DNA of 64,000 nt, taken from IMG/VR virus record IMGVR_UViG_3300035704_000002, positions 1 to 64,000 of that record, one strand, 5' to 3'. This document shows, one piece after another, positions 45,110 to 52,800 of this stretch (position 1 is its first letter; each line of letters begins with the position of its first letter). Source of the stretch: a virus. Made by a program: the position numbers and the translations under genes. The notes under the pieces are model-generated. The model worked only from the letters and a program-made list of their open reading frames with translations. It searched no databases and was not told where the DNA came from.

Positions 45110-46807
45110 TCAGGAGCGCGAGCTGACGAGATTGCGCAGCGCGGCGTAACCCCTGGCCAGACCATTCCGCGTCTCGGCGGTCCGCTCCAGGTTGGTGGCC
45201 TCCTGGTTCAGCCGGTCCGCTGCCGGCGCCATGTCGGGCACGCCGGACAGTCGACCGGCCTCGGCCCGCGCGTCCCGTGCCTGCTCGGTCAGGTTGCGGG
45301 CCGAGCTGACGGCGGTGGACTCGGCGGTCGAGTAGGCGTCCGTGCGGGTCGCGGTGGTGGAGGCGTCCTGGATCGGAGTTGCGGTTCCCATGGTGTTACT
45401 CCCTGTGTGTGCGGTACCCGCTGGTGCGGGCGATGCTGGTAGTGCTGTTACCGGCGTCCAGTGGGTGCCGGTCCATCGGTGCCCGGTGGTGGGCGGGTTC
45501 GGGATGACCTCGGCGTTCACGATGTTGCTGATGCCGGGAACGCTTCGGGCACTGGGCGGGTCGGGCGTGTAGACGCGGTGGGGCGGTAGCGTCACCGTGG
45601 TGGTCGGTGCCGGCCCACCCTGGTCACCGCTTGGCGTGGTGGCGTTGCGTCGCCTGTTCCACCACCGCTGCCTCGGTGGTGCTGCCGGTGGCGGCGGCGG
45701 TCCGGCCAGCGGGATGCCGGCCGGCATCGGTGGCGGCGGCGTGGTGGGACTGGTGCTCGCGTTGGTGCTGCGGCGCTGCCACCACCGGCGCTTCGTCGGG
45801 CCGGCGGAGGCGTTGCCCGTGGGGCTGCTCGAGGGCGGTGTCGCCTTGGGGCCGGGGTTGACCTTGGTGCTTGGTGGTGTGGTAGCGGCGTTCGTGCCGG
45901 CGTTGTTACCCCTGGTGCCCTTGGTGCTCCACGGCCAGCGACGCCCGCTACCGGGTGGCGTCGTGGTCGCGGTGGAGTTGGTGCCGTTGGGCCCCTTGCC
46001 GGTCGGGCTGTTCGGCGTGGTCGCACCCTTGCCGGGGCCACCGCCCGGACCGCCGTTGGCACCGGGGTTGACCGTGTTCTTGGTGCTCCATGGCCAGCGG
46101 CGCCCGGTGGGCTTCTTCTCCGGTGTGCCCGTGGGCGAGCCGGCGCTGTCGGGCTTCTTGATTGTCGGGTTCTTGCCGGTGGGATCGGTCGCCTTCTTGC
46201 CGGCCTCCGGCTTGTCGGCCGCGTTCTTCCTCGTGCTCCACGGCCAGCGGCGACCGCCCGACGGCGCACCCTTCGGCCCGGCGCCCGGTCCACCGGGGCC
46301 GGACCCTCCTGGGCCGTTGCCGGGAGTGCCGCCCGGCGACCGCCGATTGCGGTCGAAGGGCCACAGGTGCCGGCGGTTGTGTTCGCGCGCGGCGTTCTTC
46401 TCCGGGTTCTTGGCGTTCTTCTTGGCCGCCGCGTCGCCACCGCGTCGACGATGCAGCCACCGGCGCCACAGGTGGATTAGCAGGGCGGCCAGGATCAGGG
46501 CGAGTAGGAACAGGGCGGCCATCGGGGACATCCTCCACAGCGCGATGAGCAGAACCAGGACGACAGCGCTCACCAGGACCAGCGCCAGGTGGTTGCCGTG
46601 CACGCCCGACTTCGCCGTGTCGGCGGTCTCGCCGGCCTTCGTGTCGCTCGTACTGGGCTTCTCCGTCGGGCTGGCCACCGTGGTGTCGGTCGACGGCTTG
46701 GGTGTTTCGCCGCTCGTCACGGCCGGCTTGGCGGCTTTCTCACCCTTCGTCGCCGGCTTGGGCGGTTCGCTGGGCGGTGGCGCGCTGGTGAACACGTTCT
46801 CTGCCAT
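45110..46807 (-). CDS. Pro/Gly/Thr-rich membrane protein with RRWPWST repeats (Spd-like)
   Basis: Two TMs and a low-complexity tail; possible internal start at 45391 (AGGGAG RBS). Confidence 0.65.
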   Translation of the reverse strand: MAENVFTSAPPPSEPPKPATKGEKAAKPAVTSGETPKPSTDTTVASPTEKPSTSDTKAGETADTAKSGVHGNHLALVLVSAVVLVLLIALWRMSPMAALFLLALILAALLIHLWRRWLHRRRGGDAAAKKNAKNPEKNAAREHNRRHLWPFDRNRRSPGGTPGNGPGGSGPGGPGAGPKGAPSGGRRWPWSTRKNAADKPEAGKKATDPTGKNPTIKKPDSAGSPTGTPEKKPTGRRWPWSTKNTVNPGANGGPGGGPGKGATTPNSPTGKGPNGTNSTATTTPPGSGRRWPWSTKGTRGNNAGTNAATTPPSTKVNPGPKATPPSSSPTGNASAGPTKRRWWQRRSTNASTSPTTPPPPMPAGIPLAGPPPPPAAPPRQRWWNRRRNATTPSGDQGGPAPTTTVTLPPHRVYTPDPPSARSVPGISNIVNAEVIPNPPTTGHRWTGTHWTPVTALPASPAPAGTAHTGSNTMGTATPIQDASTTATRTDAYSTAESTAVSSARNLTEQARDARAEAGRLSGVPDMAPAADRLNQEATNLERTAETRNGLARGYAALRNLVSSRS

Positions 46808-46811
46808 GGGG

Positions 46812-47024
46812 TTACCCGAATGCCTTACTGATGCCGTTGGTGATCTTGGCGATGAGATCGATCAGCGCGGTGACGAGCCCCTTAACCAGGCTCACAATCT
46901 TGAGGATGAGGCCGCCGATCATGTCGGCGACGCCGGCCGGGTCGTGGGCCACCCAAGCGATAAGAGTGATCACCGCAGTCCAGAAGACCAGGACCCACAT
47001 CCAGTGAAACAATGTTCGAGTCAC
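46812..47024 (-). CDS. small membrane protein
   Basis: Hydrophobic, GTGA overlap. Confidence 0.6.
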   Translation of the reverse strand: MTRTLFHWMWVLVFWTAVITLIAWVAHDPAGVADMIGGLILKIVSLVKGLVTALIDLIAKITNGISKAFG

Positions 47025-47860
47025 TGCCCACTCGCCTCCTTGCGCTGGTCTTCCCAGGCGCGGCGGACGCCGCGTCCGTAGTTGCGAGTTCCGAACTCCT
47101 TGTCCAGGTCGGCGCCAGTGGCGCCGGGGTTCTCATCCAGGTAGGCCAACATCTGCGCGCGGCGCGAGGCACCGGCCTGAATGGCCAGCACATTTCCGCG
47201 TGCTGCGATGGAAGCCGACGCGCCCGAGGGAATGGGCGTGGCTGCCTCGGGGAGCAGCTTGCGGGACACCTCGGGCGCGTCGACGGCCGGTGCGGTCGCG
47301 ACGGGGGATGCCTTGGCCACGTCGGTCCGCTGAGGGGTGGTCTTGGATGGGCGCTTACTACCGGAACGCCGGGTGATTACAAGAGCTGCTTTGGTGCTGG
47401 ATCGCTCTACGGCGATCAGCGCGGCCAGGTGCACGATGGCAGCCAGGCTCAGCGATGGCAGGCCGCCCACGGCCAGGCGGAGCCAGAGTGGCGCCATTTG
47501 CCCCTGCGGCACGGTGATCGCAAGATGCAGCGAGGCGCCCAGAAAACTCAACACCATGTCGGCGACCGTGATGAACGCGGCGTAGCGGCGGATTCCGGCA
47601 CCGAATCGAGTCGAGAGCCACACGCGGGTGCACACCACGGCCGACATGTCGGTGGCCACGGGCAGCACCCAGGCCAGCTTGCCTGACACACCGGCGAGCA
47701 CCGCTGTGTCGAACAGGCTGCGGGCGGAGAACGCTGCAACCGCAAGGCCGACCACGGCGATCCCGACCAGCGCGAGCAGGTCGACACCAGGCGCATCGCT
47801 GCGCGTATCCGCCCGTGGCGATACGTCCGGTGTGGTGGTCGGCGGAGTATTCATCCGCAT
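47021..47860 (-). CDS. DUF2637 / Spd-like multi-TM protein with C-terminal HTH
   Basis: AFS..SL...A...G....AW.LPV..D; four TMs; ATGADLDKEFGTRNYGRGV. Confidence 0.7.
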   Translation of the reverse strand: MRMNTPPTTTPDVSPRADTRSDAPGVDLLALVGIAVVGLAVAAFSARSLFDTAVLAGVSGKLAWVLPVATDMSAVVCTRVWLSTRFGAGIRRYAAFITVADMVLSFLGASLHLAITVPQGQMAPLWLRLAVGGLPSLSLAAIVHLAALIAVERSSTKAALVITRRSGSKRPSKTTPQRTDVAKASPVATAPAVDAPEVSRKLLPEAATPIPSGASASIAARGNVLAIQAGASRRAQMLAYLDENPGATGADLDKEFGTRNYGRGVRRAWEDQRKEASGQ

Positions 47861-47916
47861 CCCCTCGGGCTATGGCGATCATGGGCCAAGTGTCGCTAGA
47901 CTGAAGATCGTAATAG

Positions 47917-48044
47917 GTGTAGATGTTTGCTTCGACCGACAATACCATCGACAGCTACGAACGTCTACAACTTCACTCTCCACCGCGTTTCGCAGATCAA
48001 CGAACTTGCCCTCCGCTAGCGAGGACTCAAACAAACGTCTACAC
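47917..48044. promoter_or_regulatory. Three GntR/HutC-type operator boxes in the divergent promoter region
   Basis: gtgtagatgtttg (47917), aacgtctaca (47960), caaacgtctacac (48032); GT-N-TA-N-AC core. Confidence 0.65.
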
Positions 48045-48057
48045 TTTTGGAGTTCAC

Positions 48058-48888
48058 ATGGCCGCTCTCACGCTCAAGCAGCGCATCGCGCAGGAACTGC
48101 GTCTGCTCATCCACCTCGGCGGCACCACGATCGCCGATCCGGCAGAGCCGAATTCCGATCTTCGTGACCGGTTCGGCCCGGTGATGGCGGGCGATACCCT
48201 GCCCTCCATCCGCGAACTCCAGGAGCACTACGACGTCGCTCGCGACACCGTCCGTGACGCGATCAGCGTGCTCGTGCACGAGGGGCTCGTCATTCCGCGC
48301 CGAGGTATCGGCACAGTGGTTCGCGACATCACGCCGGTGGTGGTGCCGTACAACCCAGACGCGCCTTCCCAGACCTGGCAGGAAATGATGGGCGCCGATG
48401 CTGTCGACCAGGTGATCACCGTTGAGTGGGAAGCAGCCGATCCGGAGACTGCGCAGTGGCTCGGTGTCACGCCCGGCGCGTCCGTGCTGCACCGCCTACG
48501 GCATCGTGGCCTGGCCGGCGTGATCGTGCAGACCCACCACCAATGGATCGTGGGAACGGTGGTGGATGACATTCGTACCCGCGTCGGCGTGGATCTGTCC
48601 GACCGGCGCACTCCGTTGTCAACGGACCTGTTCGTACTGATGGCGCAGGCCGGGCACCGCCTGAAGGAGACCGTCGAAAATGTGTCCTCTCGGATGCCTG
48701 ACGCCGATGAGCGGGAGTTGATGGACATCCCACTCGGTGTGCCGGCCACGGTGGTGAACCGGGTGACGCCCGAGGTGACCGGCGAACCACTGGAGGTCAG
48801 CCAGATCGTGGGTGCAGGCGATCGGATGGTGTACTCGTATCGGATGCCGATCGCCAAGCGGCTGCCATCGATTCCTACGGATAGGTAA
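48058..48888 (+). CDS. GntR/HutC-family regulator with UTRA domain (KorSA-like)
   Basis: GDTLPSIRELQEHYDVARDTVRDAISVLVHEGLVIPRRGIGTVVR; ENVSSRMPDADE..L. Confidence 0.88.
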   Translation: MAALTLKQRIAQELRLLIHLGGTTIADPAEPNSDLRDRFGPVMAGDTLPSIRELQEHYDVARDTVRDAISVLVHEGLVIPRRGIGTVVRDITPVVVPYNPDAPSQTWQEMMGADAVDQVITVEWEAADPETAQWLGVTPGASVLHRLRHRGLAGVIVQTHHQWIVGTVVDDIRTRVGVDLSDRRTPLSTDLFVLMAQAGHRLKETVENVSSRMPDADERELMDIPLGVPATVVNRVTPEVTGEPLEVSQIVGAGDRMVYSYRMPIAKRLPSIPTDR

Positions 48889-49115
48889 AAGCAAAGGGAT
48901 TCCGATGGGCGACTACTGGACCCAGGCACATACCCAGGCCATCAAGCCGGCCGGCGCACCCGTGCCGGCCATGTCGTCATCTACGCCGTCGGCCTCGTGT
49001 TGACCGTGGCAGGCGCATCCGAAACGCTCGGACTGCGCCTCCCGTGGCACCACCGGCTGGATCACCGTTGGATTGCGGGCGGACTGGCCGCCACCGCGAC
49101 TGGTGAGGTGCCCCG

Positions 49116-49472
49116 ATGAGAATCGTGGGTATCGCCTATTGCGCCCAGGCCAGCCCGAGATTGAGCGCACGCGGCTGGGTCGCGCCGCTCGATCTCGGTT
49201 ACGCCCTGCTCGACTTCAACTTCACGCGACAGGTCGGTCCTGTCGACATCCTGATCAGCACCGAGGGCACCATCACCGCCAGTATCGACATCGGACCGCC
49301 CCCCGAGACTCCTGATGACTTTCTGCGCTGGAACTTGTACGCCGCGCACCCCACGCTGGCCGTGGGTTACAGCGAGAAGCCAAACCGCCGGGAACCGCTG
49401 ACACTGGTCCGGGTGTCCCTGGTACGCATCAACGCGAACCCGGACACCCCCCCCTGGATAGTGGAGGGCTGA
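49116..49472 (+). CDS. hypothetical protein
   Basis: GAGG RBS, convergent fit. Confidence 0.4.
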   Translation: MRIVGIAYCAQASPRLSARGWVAPLDLGYALLDFNFTRQVGPVDILISTEGTITASIDIGPPPETPDDFLRWNLYAAHPTLAVGYSEKPNRREPLTLVRVSLVRINANPDTPPWIVEG

Positions 49473-49477
49473 GTTCA

Positions 49478-50041
49478 TCACCGCGTGCCGCTCGCCTCGA
49501 TCATGGCCACCGTCACCGCCAGCACATCGTCCAGACTGGAATACACCGGCATGCCCGGTCGCGCGAGTTGGCACAACATGTGCACGTCCGCCTCGCGCGG
49601 ATAGTCCGGGTGCGCACCCGCCGCGATGAGACGCCCCTCGCCCAACGCCTGCCCCAGCTCGAACATCGCGATCGGTTGCGTCGTCACCGAGGCATCGCAC
49701 GCCGGGAACCAGAACAGGGTGACCGCCGCCAGGTGCAGGTGGTGCTGTTCCCAACTGACCTGCTCCCAACTCGCGCTCGGATCGCCGATGGGAAACGAGG
49801 CACGATGCGGGTTCAGGATCACCACCGGCGTCGCGCCGGTCAGCACCTCGATCGCGCGGGCATGCCAGCGCTCGGCGACACCGGTGATGCCACCCGCGAG
49901 AAACACGGCCGGCGCGTCACAGCGCTGAGGCCGGTAGTAGGTGGGCGCCTCGAAGTACAGGTGCTGGGCGCCGCCACGAAACGGCGCGGCCGGCACATGG
50001 TGCGCGCTGGGCCGCCTGGCGGCACTGATCGCGGTGTTCAT
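49478..50041 (-). CDS. Nucleoside 2-deoxyribosyltransferase-like domain protein
   Basis: VFLAGGI...W...ILNPHR..FP...QVSWE...LFWF...PIAMFELG. Confidence 0.8.
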   Translation of the reverse strand: MNTAISAARRPSAHHVPAAPFRGGAQHLYFEAPTYYRPQRCDAPAVFLAGGITGVAERWHARAIEVLTGATPVVILNPHRASFPIGDPSASWEQVSWEQHHLHLAAVTLFWFPACDASVTTQPIAMFELGQALGEGRLIAAGAHPDYPREADVHMLCQLARPGMPVYSSLDDVLAVTVAMIEASGTR

Positions 50042-50475
50042 GACGCCCGCTCCACGACCGGCTCACTGACGTGGTGGTGGGTCAGGCGTACGCCGTGGCC
50101 GGCCAGCGCGAGCCGTTCGGCGATTACCTCGGCCAGGGCGACGCTGCGGTGGCGGCCACCGGCGCACGCCAGGCCGATCCGCACCGGCCGCGACCGGCCC
50201 AGGCTGTCCAGCAGCGCCAGCGCGGTACCGACCAGGTAGCCGGCGAGCGCGACGGCGCCGGGCGTGGCCAGCACGTGCACCCGCGTCGCGAGGTCGCGCC
50301 CGGTGGACTGGCGCATCTGGGGCGAGGTATGCGGATCGCGTAGGAAGTCGCGCAGGTCGATCAGCAGGTCGTAGTCGCCGGGCGCGCCGTGTAGGTGTCC
50401 GAACGACTCGACGTGCACATCGGTGTCGCGCACCGTCGCCAGGGCGATGACGATGGGTGTCGTAGCGGGGCTCAT
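50038..50475 (-). CDS. RapZ C-terminal-like domain protein
   Basis: SFGHLHG, DLRDFLRDPH, CAGGRHRSVALAE. Confidence 0.8.
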   Translation of the reverse strand: MSPATTPIVIALATVRDTDVHVESFGHLHGAPGDYDLLIDLRDFLRDPHTSPQMRQSTGRDLATRVHVLATPGAVALAGYLVGTALALLDSLGRSRPVRIGLACAGGRHRSVALAEVIAERLALAGHGVRLTHHHVSEPVVERAS

Positions 50476-50557
50476 GTCTCCACTTCAGCGGGCCATCAGG
50501 CCGCTGACCAGGCGTTTCCCGTTCCGCACCGCGTTGGAAACTGGAAACCCGGACAAA

Positions 50558-51070
50558 TTACCGTCGATCGATCAGGTTCGGGTTGAAGTGGGGGTCCGAC
50601 TCCGGCGCGGCCTGGTGGCCGCACGCCTGACACTTCTCGCCACCGTTGCGGGTGGAGTGGTCGCAGCCGGGCAGGATCTCGCCGGCCCGGTGGCGCCGGT
50701 ACAGCTCACGCAGCGCGATGAGTGAGCTGATCATCTCATCCAGCCCGCACACGTGCAGGTAGTCGACATCGTCCGGGTTGTCCCGCCAGCTTTGTGGATC
50801 ACCGGCCGTCGTGGTGTTGCCGAACTCCCAGTAGTGCATGCACCCGATGATCTGCGCCGCGCGGGCGCCCGTCGGTGTGGCCGCGTTCAGCAGGCTGCCA
50901 TCCTGTTTGGTCACCACCCACTGCTCATCGGCGTGCGTGGCGATCGCGGCCAGGACCGCGTCGGCCCACTGGGCGGCCCGCTCAGGCGCCACCGTGCCGC
51001 CATCGTCGCCGAGGAGTTCGGCCACGGTGGTGGCGATGGTGTCGCGCAGGAAGTGATCATCGGATTCCAC
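50558..51070 (-). CDS. hypothetical protein
   Basis: TACGCT -10 lies 7 nt before GTG 51070. Confidence 0.5.
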   Translation of the reverse strand: MESDDHFLRDTIATTVAELLGDDGGTVAPERAAQWADAVLAAIATHADEQWVVTKQDGSLLNAATPTGARAAQIIGCMHYWEFGNTTTAGDPQSWRDNPDDVDYLHVCGLDEMISSLIALRELYRRHRAGEILPGCDHSTRNGGEKCQACGHQAAPESDPHFNPNLIDRR

Positions 51071-51192
51071 GCCGACCAGCGTAGGACGCGCCGGGGGCGC
51101 TCGTGCGCACCTGGGCGCGGCGTACCCGACCAGCCGCAACGCCCCGTTACCCTCGCGCTCGTCCGTGATCGTGGGAGTGGGAGGTGCCCGGC

Positions 51193-52800
51193 GTGGCGCA
51201 GCGGCGGTTCCTACCCGCGCTCCGGCGCATCTTCGCGCCCGCCCTGGAAAGCAAAGGTCTGCCCGAGCAGGTGCGCGCCAGTTCCCAGGCGTACCTCGTG
51301 CCTGGCGTCCCGTACTCGCAGAACTGGTCCACTCAGCGTGCCGTGCGCGAGGCGTACGAGCCGAATCCGCTGGTGTATCGGGCGATCGAGGTACTGGCCA
51401 CCAACGCGATCAGCCAGCGCATCGTGTTGCGCCAGGGTGACCCCGAGGAAGGCCCGATCATCGACACCGCGCACGACCCGACGCGGCTGCTCTACGTGTT
51501 CAACCGCCGCGCCAACCCGTGGGAGACCGCCAGGGTGTTCCGTCACCGGTTGGTGGCGCAGTGGCTACTGTCCTCACGCGGGCTGTTCGTGGAGATCATC
51601 CGCACACGCGGCGGCGGCATCGCCATGGTCAACCTGCTGGACCCCGACCTGGTCGACATGATCCCCGACCGGACCGACCCGATGCACGCCTTCCGGGTAC
51701 GCACCCCGAACTCCTCCACCGGATTCGACTACCTACCCCGCTTCGATCCGGCCAAGACCGCGCGCGAACAGCCCGCCTCCATCCTGTGGATGCGCAACCC
51801 GCACCCGACTGTGGCGTGGCAGGGCATGAGCCCGGTGCAGGCCGCCGGCCTGCCGATCGACCTGGATCGTTACGCCCGGCTCTACAACCGCCGATTTCTA
51901 CAGAACGACGGCCGGCCCGGCGGCCTGCTCTCGATCAAGGGTGTCGTGGCGCCGGCCACCATGGAGCTGATCCAGAGCCAGTTCATGGGCGGCCCCGACT
52001 CGGCCGGCCGTACCACCGTGATCAACGCCGACTCGGTGTCCTACGCGGACACCAGCGGCTCGCCCCGTGACACGCTCTGGGGCGACACGATGGACCGCAA
52101 CCGGCGCGAGATCTGCACCGCGTTCGGGGTGCCCGAGAGCGTGCTGGGCGACGCGTCCGGCCGCACCTTCTCCAACGCCGACGCCGAATACGCGATGTTC
52201 TGGGAACACCGCATGCTGCCGCTGGTGCGGGCGCTAGATGACCAACTCGACATCCTCACCGAGATCATGGGGCCGGATGTCTATTTGCGTCACGATGTGT
52301 CCAAGGTGTGGGTGCTGGGTCGCTACCAGCGCGAGCACGAGGACCGTCTGGCCGCCGACCAGCAGGCCGGCTACCGCACCATCGATGAGGTGCGGGTGGC
52401 CAAGGGCGAGAAGCCCCAGAACGTGCCCGCCACCCGCGTGCTGTGGATACCGCCGGGCAAGCTCGCCGTGGCCGACGCGAGTCGTCCGCACGACGCCGAG
52501 GAAGCCGCCGCCGCGCCGATCGGCGGCCCGGTCAACGCCGGCTCGGCCGGCTCCGGCGCCGCTCAGGCCGGCGTCAACCACCTGTCCGGCTCGGGCTACA
52601 GCGCCGGAGACACCGACTATCTGGGCAGCGGCAAGGGTGGCGGCGGCAACTCCGACCTGCGTTTGCTGTCCGGCTCCGGCGGCGGCCGGGCCGGTGGCGG
52701 CTTCGAGAACATGGGCGAGATCGACCCGGACGAACTGGAGGGTAAGCAGAGCGGCCCGCGACGCTGGGGCTCCCCCAGTGGAGCCCGCATCGCCGGTTAA
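51193..52800 (+). CDS. Phage portal protein (HK97-like)
   Basis: NPLVYRAI, ANPWET, GMSPVQAA, FLQNDGRPGGLL, ICTAFGVPESVLG, TFSNA, TIDEVR; GGAGG RBS. Confidence 0.92.
   Translation: MAQRRFLPALRRIFAPALESKGLPEQVRASSQAYLVPGVPYSQNWSTQRAVREAYEPNPLVYRAIEVLATNAISQRIVLRQGDPEEGPIIDTAHDPTRLLYVFNRRANPWETARVFRHRLVAQWLLSSRGLFVEIIRTRGGGIAMVNLLDPDLVDMIPDRTDPMHAFRVRTPNSSTGFDYLPRFDPAKTAREQPASILWMRNPHPTVAWQGMSPVQAAGLPIDLDRYARLYNRRFLQNDGRPGGLLSIKGVVAPATMELIQSQFMGGPDSAGRTTVINADSVSYADTSGSPRDTLWGDTMDRNRREICTAFGVPESVLGDASGRTFSNADAEYAMFWEHRMLPLVRALDDQLDILTEIMGPDVYLRHDVSKVWVLGRYQREHEDRLAADQQAGYRTIDEVRVAKGEKPQNVPATRVLWIPPGKLAVADASRPHDAEEAAAAPIGGPVNAGSAGSGAAQAGVNHLSGSGYSAGDTDYLGSGKGGGGNSDLRLLSGSGGGRAGGGFENMGEIDPDELEGKQSGPRRWGSPSGARIAG

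Larger units (their letters stand above)
41898..50475. mobile_element. Actinomycete plasmid/AICE-type conjugative transfer module
   Basis: TraB-like FtsK, Spd-like membrane genes and divergent GntR; no motif promoter seen; boundaries approximate; no integrase or rep gene in the window. Confidence 0.65.

Noticed and set aside
52238-52777. ORF-track N-terminal extension of the MuF-like gene
   Set aside because: Overlaps the portal by about 560 nt with shadow-like Arg/Pro/Ala sequence; a start near 52778 is more plausible. A portal-MuF frameshift fusion cannot be excluded, but no slippery site was seen
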